The notes under the pieces were generated by a model that saw only the letters and a list, made by a program, of their open reading frames with translations, was not told where the DNA came from and did no database searches. Source: Minisyncoccota bacterium (GTDB taxonomy: Bacteria; Patescibacteriota; Minisyncoccia; Phycocordibacterales; UBA918). Taken from it: DNA of 64,000 bases. The stretch lies in the NCBI GenBank assembly GCA_041688155.1, contig JBDNIW010000014.1, positions 9,517-73,516 on the forward strand, read 5' to 3'. Shown here in pieces: positions 10,247 to 18,639 of the stretch. Every line of letters starts with the position of its first letter. The stretch's first letter is position 1. The position numbers and the translations under genes were made by a program.

Positions 10247-11350
10247 ATGTACAAGCTGCTCCTGGTCCTACCTGCTCTAGTTTTCTTTGTGGCTACTAGT
10301 GTTGAGGCTAATGTCATTGTTCGAACGTCTGATCAATTGGAGGTGGCTGAGGGCGACATTGTGGATGGAGAGTTGGTGGCAGTTGGGTTGCCGGTAGTAT
10401 TGTCTAACAACGTCGCAGAAGATGCGACACTACTTGGGAATCGAGTGAAGGTGAATGGTCTGATTGGTGGTGACCTGTTGGCGGCTGGATTTTTTGTTGA
10501 TGTGAATGCGGCGGTGGCGGACGATGTGCGGATTGTTGGTGGGGAGATTTCTATTGCTGACGCGATTGGTGGTGATTTGATTGTGTTGGGTGGGACGGTT
10601 GATATCTTGTCGACCGCTGCAGTGTCGGGTGATGTGGTGGTGTACGGCGGAACGGTGAATGTGGCGGGAAGTGTCGGAGGCGATATTGTTGGAGTGATGG
10701 AAAATCTGCAAGTTAACGGGTCAGTTGGTGGCGGAATTGATGTCTATGTGACTAATTTTTCACTTGGAGAGCGGGCGTCGGTGACCGCTGCGATTGAGTA
10801 CACTAGCTACAATTTGTTGAAACAATCACTCAATGCCACTGTAGCTGGAGACATCGTCCGGAGTGATCCATTACTCCTGCAAGAATCTGGCTTGCCTCGG
10901 ATGACATTGATGATTTTTCTAGTTGGTTTGTTTTCATCCCTACTCTGGTACTTGGTCTCACGCAAATCACTCACAGCGGTCACTAGCCAGAGTCTAGCCC
11001 ACGTGCTACGCAGTGCTTTTATTGGCTGTTTGGTACCGGTTCTACTACTGCTTGTGGTCGCCGTATTGTTTATTAGTCAGCTGGGGATGTATGTCAGTTT
11101 CGTATTGTTCTTTGGGTTGTTGACAGCTGGGTTGTTAGCTGGGGCAGCGGCACCGGCGGTTGTGGGTCAGTTGGCACTGCGACCACTGCAACAACCAGTA
11201 ACTGATGGTCCGTTGCCGGTTGTGCTTGGGGTGCTGATTTTGACTATTTGTGCCCTGGTGCCGGTAGTCGGTGGGTATCTGCTGGCGGCGGCGTTTGTGG
11301 TCACGCTCGGTGGCTTACTCGAGGCTCTGGTCCAAGCTAACCGCCACTAG
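10247..11350 (+). CDS. bactofilin-like beta-helical repeat domain fused to C-terminal multi-TM domain
   Basis: signal peptide; iterated 'GGD(L/I)xVxGGxVxI/V' hydrophobic repeats typical of bactofilin/CcmA beta-helix; four hydrophobic helices at C-terminus. Confidence 0.5.
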   Translation: MYKLLLVLPALVFFVATSVEANVIVRTSDQLEVAEGDIVDGELVAVGLPVVLSNNVAEDATLLGNRVKVNGLIGGDLLAAGFFVDVNAAVADDVRIVGGEISIADAIGGDLIVLGGTVDILSTAAVSGDVVVYGGTVNVAGSVGGDIVGVMENLQVNGSVGGGIDVYVTNFSLGERASVTAAIEYTSYNLLKQSLNATVAGDIVRSDPLLLQESGLPRMTLMIFLVGLFSSLLWYLVSRKSLTAVTSQSLAHVLRSAFIGCLVPVLLLLVVAVLFISQLGMYVSFVLFFGLLTAGLLAGAAAPAVVGQLALRPLQQPVTDGPLPVVLGVLILTICALVPVVGGYLLAAAFVVTLGGLLEALVQANRH

Positions 11351-11351
11351 T

Positions 11352-11936
11352 ATGTGGTGGCCATCATTTGTGGCGGTGGTGCTGGATTTATTTGGGTTTT
11401 GTTTCTCTGCTGCGCGGCCGATGGTGACTGTGCCGCTTACCAACCAACTGACTGTGGTTCCACGTACGCCCAACCTCATGGTGCGGGTGACTACGCCGGG
11501 TCTGCTGGTCTCGGGCGAGCGCTATGACGTGAATCATGCACAGACCAAAGAAATCCGGACTGCTCTAGCGCGTTACGACGAACACTTAGTTCAAAAATCA
11601 ACTCTTACGCTGCGCGAATGGTTGCTGTGTGTGGTGCATTTCAAACGGCAGTCAGTACCACTATTGGCGCTGCAGATGACCCCCCTCGGTAGCTGGCACC
11701 GCACCCTCAAAGGTCTGTCTGGGATAAGTGTCGGCATTACTCCGTACACTGGTGCCATAATGGAGTGGGGGAGTGACCCCCAAACCGGCAATACCGCCCT
11801 GGTGCTCGAAGTCAGTCCGGAAGAAATCATTACCATTGGTGAACTCGGTGCCGCTGAGCCGGGCATCTACACAAAACGCGGGTTGCCAAAGCAAACTTGG
11901 CTCGAGTTGCGCCCGGTGTTTACCACTCTGCAGTGA
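11352..11936 (+). CDS. hypothetical protein
   Basis: ATG 2 nt after upstream stop; N-terminal hydrophobic segment; no recognised motif. Confidence 0.45.
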   Translation: MWWPSFVAVVLDLFGFCFSAARPMVTVPLTNQLTVVPRTPNLMVRVTTPGLLVSGERYDVNHAQTKEIRTALARYDEHLVQKSTLTLREWLLCVVHFKRQSVPLLALQMTPLGSWHRTLKGLSGISVGITPYTGAIMEWGSDPQTGNTALVLEVSPEEIITIGELGAAEPGIYTKRGLPKQTWLELRPVFTTLQ

Positions 11937-11956
11937 TAGTTTGCTACACTACTGTC

Positions 11957-11979
11957 ATGCAAAAACCAGTAGCATTTTT
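11957..11979. repeat. 23-bp direct repeat copy 1 (atgcaaaaaccagtagcattttt); forms hairpin plus T-run after upstream gene
   Basis: identical 23-mer recurs at 12082-12104. Confidence 0.7.
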
Positions 11980-12008
11980 TAAATGAACAAATACTTGAAG
12001 AGTATATT

Positions 12009-12770
12009 GTGAATTTAGATCCGAATCTTCTCTTTCCTAAAGAAGATTCCTGGATCACTTACTATTTTGATACAAATTACTATGCAAAAACCAGTAGCAT
12101 TTTTGATATAGACGGCACCCTCTTTCGCTCTAGCCTACTGATTGAACTAGTCGAGGAGTTGGTTGGTACTGGTGTGTTTCCGGCCGCCGCACAGGTAGGT
12201 TACACCGCCGCTCACGCTGCTTGGCAGGCGCGCGAGGGCACCTATGAAGCGTACATTGCAGCGGTGATTGATACGTTTTTAACTCACCTCAAAGGCGTGC
12301 ATTATGGCGCGCTGGCAGACGTCGGCCGACGACTAGTGGCGGTCAAATCCAAGCGTGTCAATCGGTTTACTCGTGACTATGTGCGTGAACTCAAGGCTGA
12401 AGGATACATGTTGATCGCGATTTCACAGTCACCCAAGACAATTCTGGATGAATTTTGTCGCCAGTACGGCTTCGATAAAGTTTACGGACGAATGTATGAA
12501 ATCGGTCCAAGTGATTGTTTTACCGGTGCAGTGATTGATGAGTATCTCATCGAGAACAAAGCCAATATCGTCAAACGGGTGTTTGACCGGTATCCCGAAC
12601 TGACGCGTGAGGGTTCGATTGCGGTTGGTGACACCGATGGCGATATTTCGCTGCTGGAAATGGTTGATCGTCCGATTTGTTTTAACCCTAACCAAGCACT
12701 ACTTGACCACGCAAAGCGCCAAGGCTGGGAGGTTGTGGTGGAGCGCAAGGATGTGGTCTATCGGTTGTAG
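12009..12770 (+). CDS. HAD-IB family hydrolase (phosphoserine-phosphatase-like)
   Basis: motif I 'IFDIDGTLF', motif IV 'GDTDGD'. The ORF-track start is GTG and no in-frame ATG lies upstream of motif I, so the start is uncertain. Confidence 0.65.
   Translation: MNLDPNLLFPKEDSWITYYFDTNYYAKTSSIFDIDGTLFRSSLLIELVEELVGTGVFPAAAQVGYTAAHAAWQAREGTYEAYIAAVIDTFLTHLKGVHYGALADVGRRLVAVKSKRVNRFTRDYVRELKAEGYMLIAISQSPKTILDEFCRQYGFDKVYGRMYEIGPSDCFTGAVIDEYLIENKANIVKRVFDRYPELTREGSIAVGDTDGDISLLEMVDRPICFNPNQALLDHAKRQGWEVVVERKDVVYRL
12082..12104. repeat. 23-bp direct repeat copy 2 (inside 5' end of HAD gene, out of frame)
   Basis: identical to 11957-11979. Confidence 0.7.
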
Positions 12771-12807
12771 TGCTTGCAGTGCAACCGATTTACGCTACTA
12801 TTACTGT

Positions 12808-13029
12808 ATGAAGAAAAAAATGACCCTACATACCCAAGATAAAATGGTCGCCGGGGTGTTGTCAGGGATAGCAGACTATTTTGATGTGGATGTGGCCTTG
12901 GTTCGCTTGATTGGGGTGGCGACTATGATACTCACGGTCTTTTTCCCGTTTGCGTTGTTTTATATATGTGCATGGATAATTCTGCCACAGGATACTGCGG
13001 TCGAACCTAATTATAAGATCATTGACTAG
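12808..13029 (+). CDS. PspC-domain protein
   Basis: 'LHTQDKMVAGVLSGIADYFDVDVALVRL' followed by a TM helix, as in the phage-shock PspC domain. Confidence 0.6.
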   Translation: MKKKMTLHTQDKMVAGVLSGIADYFDVDVALVRLIGVATMILTVFFPFALFYICAWIILPQDTAVEPNYKIID

Positions 13030-13031
13030 TT

Positions 13032-14408
13032 ATGGTTGATGCCAGGCGAGTGCAGGTCAAAAATAAACACACCGCCACCGACGGTCCGGTGGTGTATGTG
13101 ATGGCACGTGAGCAGCGGGTGCAGGACAACTGGGCGTTGTTGTACGCGCAAGAACAAGCCGTCGAGCGTAGTGTGCCTCTATGCGTGCTGTTCGCGCTCG
13201 GGCCGATGTTTGTGAGCGGTACAGCTAGGCATAATGCCTGGATGGTGGCCTCGCTCAAGGAAGTGCAGGTAGACCTTAAGGTACACAATATCCCACTTTA
13301 TATTGAGATAGGGGAGTGGGCTGACATTATTCCCACGTTTGTTACTACCCACCAAGTCGGTGAGCTGGTGTTTGATTTCAACCCATTACAGCCCGTACGT
13401 AGCTGGCGTGATGCAGTGGTTAATCAGGTCGACTGCAAAGTGGTCGAAGTCGACGCGCGCAACATCGTACCCGTTTGGCAAGCCTCAGACAAACTAGAGT
13501 ACGCCGCCTACACCATCAGACCCAAAATCACCCGACAGTTAGGTGAATTTCTCACCCCCATCCCCGAGTTACAAACCCAGTCAAAATCATTAGCAAAAAC
13601 CCTACCAAATACTCCAATCGATTGGAGTACTGTTGCGTCGTTTCGGACGTTTGCGGTTGACGCCGTGTTGCCTGATAGGTTTACCCCAGGCGCCGCAGCT
13701 GGCCAAGCGATGTTGCAGGATTTTATTGACCACCGCTTGGTCGGGTATAGTGAGGCACGTAATGATCCTAACGGTGACGGTGTCTCACACCTATCACCCT
13801 ACTTGCGCTGGGGAAATATCAGCGCGCAAAGGGTGGCTCTGCGGGTCAAGCAGGCTGCGGTGTCAGATGAGGATAAAGCTGCGTTCCTTGAAGAGTTGAT
13901 TGTTAGGCGTGAGTTGTCTGACAACTACGTGTATCACACGCCTGACTATGATCAGGTGACCGGCGCGCACGCCTGGGCGCAAAAAACTATCGCCGAGCAC
14001 GTCGACGATAAACGGGACTATTTATATACCCTTGAACAATTGGAGCGAGCCCAGACTCACGACGACCTCTGGAACGCCGCGCAATTACAGATGGTAACCG
14101 AGGGCAAAATGCACGGCTACCTGCGGATGTACTGGGCCAAAAAAATCTTGGAATGGACGCAAAGTAACCAGGAAGCGATTGATTTTGCCCTGACGCTAAA
14201 CGACCGCTATAACCTTGATGGGCGCGACAGCAACGGCGTGACGGGCGTTATGTGGTCCATCTGTGGCGTGCATGACCGCGCCTGGACCGAGCGTGCAGTG
14301 TTTGGCAAAATCCGCTACATGAACTATAACGGCTGCAAACGAAAGTTCGACGTCAAAGCGTACGTAGCCAAATACACCGTTGATCAAGAATCAATGTTTG
14401 ATGACTAA
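13032..14408 (+). CDS. phr: deoxyribodipyrimidine photolyase (class II CPD-photolyase-like)
   Basis: 458 aa; N-terminal 'VYVMAREQRVQDNWALLYAQ' and C-terminal FAD-binding helical domain ('WAKKILEW', 'NGVTGVMWSICGVHD'). Confidence 0.7.
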   Translation: MVDARRVQVKNKHTATDGPVVYVMAREQRVQDNWALLYAQEQAVERSVPLCVLFALGPMFVSGTARHNAWMVASLKEVQVDLKVHNIPLYIEIGEWADIIPTFVTTHQVGELVFDFNPLQPVRSWRDAVVNQVDCKVVEVDARNIVPVWQASDKLEYAAYTIRPKITRQLGEFLTPIPELQTQSKSLAKTLPNTPIDWSTVASFRTFAVDAVLPDRFTPGAAAGQAMLQDFIDHRLVGYSEARNDPNGDGVSHLSPYLRWGNISAQRVALRVKQAAVSDEDKAAFLEELIVRRELSDNYVYHTPDYDQVTGAHAWAQKTIAEHVDDKRDYLYTLEQLERAQTHDDLWNAAQLQMVTEGKMHGYLRMYWAKKILEWTQSNQEAIDFALTLNDRYNLDGRDSNGVTGVMWSICGVHDRAWTERAVFGKIRYMNYNGCKRKFDVKAYVAKYTVDQESMFDD

Positions 14409-15213
14409 AAAAGAACGAGACTTTCAGGCATTTGTACTTGATTGGTATGAGAAATGTGGACGACATGAGCTGCCTTGGCGGCGAGATCATGATCCGTACA
14501 AAATCCTGGTGTCGGAGCTGATGTTGCAGCAAACCCAGGTGCAGCGGGTAGTTCCTAAATACGAAGCGTTTATCAAGCAGTACCCAACGGTACAAAAACT
14601 CGCCCAAGCCTCGCTGGGTGACGTATTACGTTTGTGGCAAGGACTTGGGTACAATCGTCGAGCGAAATATCTCTGCCAAACCGCCGTGTGTATCATACAT
14701 GATACACACGGTGAATGGCCGCAGACGCTGGTTGGACTACAGGCGTTGCCGGGGGTTGGGCCGTATACTGCGGCTGCTATCTGCGCGTTTGCCTACAACC
14801 AACCAGTCGAACTGATTGAGACCAACGTTCGTCAGGTCTACATTCATCATTTTTTTAAGCTTCAGGTAGAGGTGACTGACCGAGAAATACTAGAGCAAGT
14901 ACGCCGTACTGTACCAGAGGGACAGTCACGCCAGTGGTACGCCGCCCTCATGGATTACGGCACCCACCTCAAATCACTCCATGGCAACAATACCAGAGTA
15001 GTCAAAGGCTACACCAAACAATCCAAATTCAAAGGCAGCAACCGAGAAGTCCGCGGTGCAATTTTGCGGGCGCTGACAACACAACTGCTGACCAAAACCC
15101 AGCTCTGGGCAGAGCTAGGGCAGTACGATCAAAGTAAAATCCAACCGCAGTTAGAGGTGTTGCTAGGAGACAGCATGATTATTTTGAAACAGCGTAAGTT
15201 CCAGTTGCCATAG
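14401..15213 (+). CDS. HhH-GPD base-excision DNA glycosylase (MutY/Nth family, short form)
   Basis: 'LVSELMLQQTQVQRVVPKYEAF', 'GLGYNRRAKYL', 'LPGVGPYTAAAI' (HhH-GPD). No Cys4 Fe-S cluster motif or NUDIX-like C-terminal domain seen. Overlaps photolyase stop by 8 nt. Confidence 0.7.
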   Translation: MTKKERDFQAFVLDWYEKCGRHELPWRRDHDPYKILVSELMLQQTQVQRVVPKYEAFIKQYPTVQKLAQASLGDVLRLWQGLGYNRRAKYLCQTAVCIIHDTHGEWPQTLVGLQALPGVGPYTAAAICAFAYNQPVELIETNVRQVYIHHFFKLQVEVTDREILEQVRRTVPEGQSRQWYAALMDYGTHLKSLHGNNTRVVKGYTKQSKFKGSNREVRGAILRALTTQLLTKTQLWAELGQYDQSKIQPQLEVLLGDSMIILKQRKFQLP

Positions 15214-16413
15214 CTATCTCGTATCCTGGATATACATGGCGCAGAACATTGCTGGGACCATCAGCGCGGCGAACACTACAAATAGTAGGTTGAACGGGAC
15301 AAATAGCAGTGACAGACTGGCTACGATAGCCCCCAGCACATAGGCTAATGGTCTGGTGATGCGGAAGAAACTGATGATTTGAGCGTCGGAGGATTTGGTT
15401 TGTTTGAAGAAGTAGCTTTCGGTGGTGACTTCAACCAGCGCTGCACCAATCCTCGTGGTGAACATAATCACTGCCCAGACCGTAACGCTGGCGACCGTCA
15501 CAAACGACATCCACGACGTCGCAATGATGATGATAAGGAACCCAGCCGCCATCATTTCTTTTTCGCCGATGTAGCGGTCGGCTACGATGCCGATTGGGTA
15601 TTCAAGAATCACGTACGCCAGCTGCGCAAAGAATATGACAATCCCAAATTCGGCCCAAGTCAGCCCAATCGTACCGGTCAGGTATAGCGGCGTGTAGACC
15701 ACCATCATCATAAAGAACATCTGCAGGAGAAAATGAGCGATAAACACGCTGCGGATATTGATGTTGATCCAGAAGGTACGGATGGCAGAGAAGAGATCAA
15801 TGGTGTTGTATTGCGGGTCAGAAAAGGTGCGGAAGAATAGTAGTAGGATGAGCATGACTGGGATCAGTGTCAGTGCACTGACAACGTACGCAGTGGAGAA
15901 GTCATTACCTCCCTGCGTAATCAACTGCCCACTGATCAGTGGTGAGAGTGCCCCGACCAAGCTGGCGAGCGTCAGGAGCAGACCGCGACTAGTCCCAGTC
16001 CCACTCTCGTCGTTACCAATACGCTCCTCCATAAATACATCGAGGTTGAAGATTATGAGTGGTACTGTAATCAGGTGGATGATAAATAACGGAATAGCAA
16101 ACTCGAGCGTGGTTGCTTGTGACATCCCTAGCACGGCCACAAAGTTAGTCGCGAGCAGACCAATAGTCAACTTGAAGTTGCCCAACTGGCACAGCACGCG
16201 CGAGACAAACAGAAATATCAGGACACTTAAGGTTGACCCAATGGTATAGATAGTCCCTACGCTCGCGGCATCAATGAATTGTTCCAAGAACGACGAGTTA
16301 ATGTACGCAATCAAAAATGCGTGAAATACCAATAACAGGATGGCAGCATAAATTGGGATCAGTTTACGCTTGGCTCGACGGCGCATAATTGGACTGTGGG
16401 AGGCGCGCGGCAT
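15214..16413 (-). CDS. MFS transporter
   Basis: about 12 TM helices in two 6-helix halves; cytoplasmic loop motifs typical of the major facilitator superfamily. Confidence 0.7.
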   Translation of the reverse strand: MPRASHSPIMRRRAKRKLIPIYAAILLLVFHAFLIAYINSSFLEQFIDAASVGTIYTIGSTLSVLIFLFVSRVLCQLGNFKLTIGLLATNFVAVLGMSQATTLEFAIPLFIIHLITVPLIIFNLDVFMEERIGNDESGTGTSRGLLLTLASLVGALSPLISGQLITQGGNDFSTAYVVSALTLIPVMLILLLFFRTFSDPQYNTIDLFSAIRTFWININIRSVFIAHFLLQMFFMMMVVYTPLYLTGTIGLTWAEFGIVIFFAQLAYVILEYPIGIVADRYIGEKEMMAAGFLIIIIATSWMSFVTVASVTVWAVIMFTTRIGAALVEVTTESYFFKQTKSSDAQIISFFRITRPLAYVLGAIVASLSLLFVPFNLLFVVFAALMVPAMFCAMYIQDTR

Positions 16414-16455
16414 ATGTGGTTAGTATACGCCGTAGGAGTGGGAATTTTTTGAGCT

Positions 16456-16493
16456 ATAAACAAAGCAGCGCCGATAGGCGCTGCTTTGTTTAT
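16456..16493 (-). terminator. rho-independent terminator-like hairpin downstream of rnj
   Basis: perfect 15-bp inverted repeat aaacaaagcagcgcc/ggcgctgctttgttt with 4-nt loop, T-rich flank. Confidence 0.6.
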
Positions 16494-16527
16494 ATGGGTT
16501 CAATCCGTAGGCTAGGATTTACTCACT

Positions 16528-18600
16528 CTATATACCGATCAGCACTGGGATCACCATTGGATTTTTGGAGGTTTTTTGCATCAGGAAACCTGACAGTTGG
16601 TTCATGACTTCTTCTTTGGCAATCTCTAGGTCGATCGGGTGCTGGCCTTCGGTGTTTTTCTCGATGGTTCGCTTGACAAGGACTCGGGCTTCGCTCAAGA
16701 GTTGCTGGTTCTCGCGGAGGTAGACGAACCCACGGGAGATGATATCTGGGGATTTGCGCAGCTTGCCGGTCTTGCTGTTGACAGTGGCGATAACTACGAA
16801 CATTCCGTCTTCGGACAAACTCTTACGATCACGCAGGACCACTTCCTGGCGGGTTCCAACGGTGAATCCATCTACCATGAGTTGGTCATTTGGGATGGTC
16901 ATTGGTAGACGCTGCATTTGGGTACCGTTTTTGATATCGATAATGGTACCGGTGTCAGGGATGATCACGTTTTCGCGCGGGAAGCCGTTCTCAACTGCGG
17001 CGTACATGTGGGCTTTAAGGAAGGCGTGGTGACCGTGTACAGGGATGAGGAATTTCGGCTTGACTGCCTTGTGTACCCATACCAGTTCACCAGCGTTACC
17101 GTGGCCAGAGGCATGTACGTGTGAGCCTTGGAAAGAGGTGATGCGGACATTCATGCGAGAGATATTATCGCGCAATTTCTGGACGGAAATCTCGTTACCT
17201 GGAATAACTGATGATGAAAGTACGATGGTGTCCCGCTCAGTCAGCGTGATGAATTTGTGCTGGTTAGTGGCCATGCGCATGAGCGCGGCGAACTCTTCTC
17301 CTTGAGCACCGGTTGAAAGCACGACGATTTTGTCGACGGGGTAGTTTTTGATGTCGTTGCCTTGGATGAACGTTTTGGGGTCGACTTCAATCAGTTTAGC
17401 TAGGATGGCGATTTCGACGTTGGTTTTCATGCTACGACCTTCGAGGACGACTTTTTTGCCAAGCTCCTCACAGACTTTGATGACACTGATCAAACGGTCA
17501 AATTGTGAAGCAAACGTACCAATAATTAAACGGCCTGTCGCTGCCCGGATGATTTCTTCTAGCGTCTCAAATACGCGTGACTCGGCGGCTGAAAATCCAG
17601 CTCGCTCAGCGTTGGTAGAGTCGCATAATAGGGCGAGGTTGTTATTGAGGCCGACTTTCTCCCATGATGAGCGTTCTTCAACCACCACCTCACCGTCTTC
17701 GTGCACTAGTTTGATGTCACCAGTGACGACGACGTCGCCATGCTTGGTTTCTACACCGATTCCCATAGCGTCAGGGATGGAGTGGGTGACAGGGAAGGTC
17801 TTGATCCGAGTGCTGCCGACGGTGAAGGCTTCACCTTCTTTGATGACATGCATATCAACTGGCTCCATGTGTGGGAATTCTTCTTGCCGCTTGAGAATCA
17901 TCAGTGAGGTCAGGTACTGGGTGTAGATTGGTGGGTTACCAATTCGTTCCATAATAAAGGGGATCCCGCCGATGTGGTCGAGGTGGCCGTGGGTCACGAC
18001 GAGCGCCCGAATCTTATGTTTCCGTTCTTCGAGGTACTGGGTGTTAGGTAGGATGTAGTTGATCCCAGGAGCGTTTGATTCTTCTGACACAAACTGGAAT
18101 CCAGCGTCGACCACGATGATGTCGTCTTTGGTTTCGATGATGTTCATGTTGCGTCCGATCTCTTCGACCCCAGACACGGTAATGATGCGGACGGTGTCCT
18201 CGTCGATGATGTCAGGGATTTTGGTGTGGGTTTGTGCTTCTGAGGCACCCATTCGGTGGGTCAGAGCAGGAGCTTTGTCAGATCGGCGCTGCTGGGGGCG
18301 ACGACTACCGCCGCTGCGGCCACGTTTGGGTGCGCCAGCAGCAGCAGCTGAGCCACCTCGTTGTGGGCCTCGTCCAGCTGGACGGGTCCGAGGACCGCTT
18401 TCGGTTCGGCGCGGACGACCACCACCCGGGCGCTGTGAGCTGCCGCGGGGATTGGGATTAGTACGAGCTGGACGGGCTACTTCCACTGGGGCTGAACGTT
18501 CGGCCGCTCGTGGGTTGGCACCGTCTTTGTTGCCAAAGGGGCGGCGCGTTCGTTTTGATTGCGCTCCCTGGTTTGCATGATTGTTGTTTGTTTCGGTCAT
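16528..18600 (-). CDS. rnj: ribonuclease J with about 140-aa Arg/Gly/Pro-rich N-terminal extension
   Basis: metallo-beta-lactamase 'HGHLDHIGG', beta-CASP and C-terminal domain; N-terminal 140 aa are low-complexity basic (RGG/PRR-rich), encoded by a locally GC-rich segment. Confidence 0.85.
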   Translation of the reverse strand: MTETNNNHANQGAQSKRTRRPFGNKDGANPRAAERSAPVEVARPARTNPNPRGSSQRPGGGRPRRTESGPRTRPAGRGPQRGGSAAAAGAPKRGRSGGSRRPQQRRSDKAPALTHRMGASEAQTHTKIPDIIDEDTVRIITVSGVEEIGRNMNIIETKDDIIVVDAGFQFVSEESNAPGINYILPNTQYLEERKHKIRALVVTHGHLDHIGGIPFIMERIGNPPIYTQYLTSLMILKRQEEFPHMEPVDMHVIKEGEAFTVGSTRIKTFPVTHSIPDAMGIGVETKHGDVVVTGDIKLVHEDGEVVVEERSSWEKVGLNNNLALLCDSTNAERAGFSAAESRVFETLEEIIRAATGRLIIGTFASQFDRLISVIKVCEELGKKVVLEGRSMKTNVEIAILAKLIEVDPKTFIQGNDIKNYPVDKIVVLSTGAQGEEFAALMRMATNQHKFITLTERDTIVLSSSVIPGNEISVQKLRDNISRMNVRITSFQGSHVHASGHGNAGELVWVHKAVKPKFLIPVHGHHAFLKAHMYAAVENGFPRENVIIPDTGTIIDIKNGTQMQRLPMTIPNDQLMVDGFTVGTRQEVVLRDRKSLSEDGMFVVIATVNSKTGKLRKSPDIISRGFVYLRENQQLLSEARVLVKRTIEKNTEGQHPIDLEIAKEEVMNQLSGFLMQKTSKNPMVIPVLIGI

Positions 18601-18639
18601 ATGTATTGTTAGTTAATTAATTTGTTTACAATATAAAAA

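Noticed and set aside
12082-12110. ATG at 12082 (MQKPVAF...) as the true HAD gene start
   Set aside because: It is out of frame with the HAD ORF (it reads M-Q-K-P-V-A-F-L-I-stop). The HAD frame reads YAKTSSIFDIDGTLF through this segment.
16639-18580. Plus-strand ORFs (up to 192 aa) inside the RNase J gene
   Set aside because: They are antisense to a well-supported rnj ORF and have low-complexity composition with no motifs.
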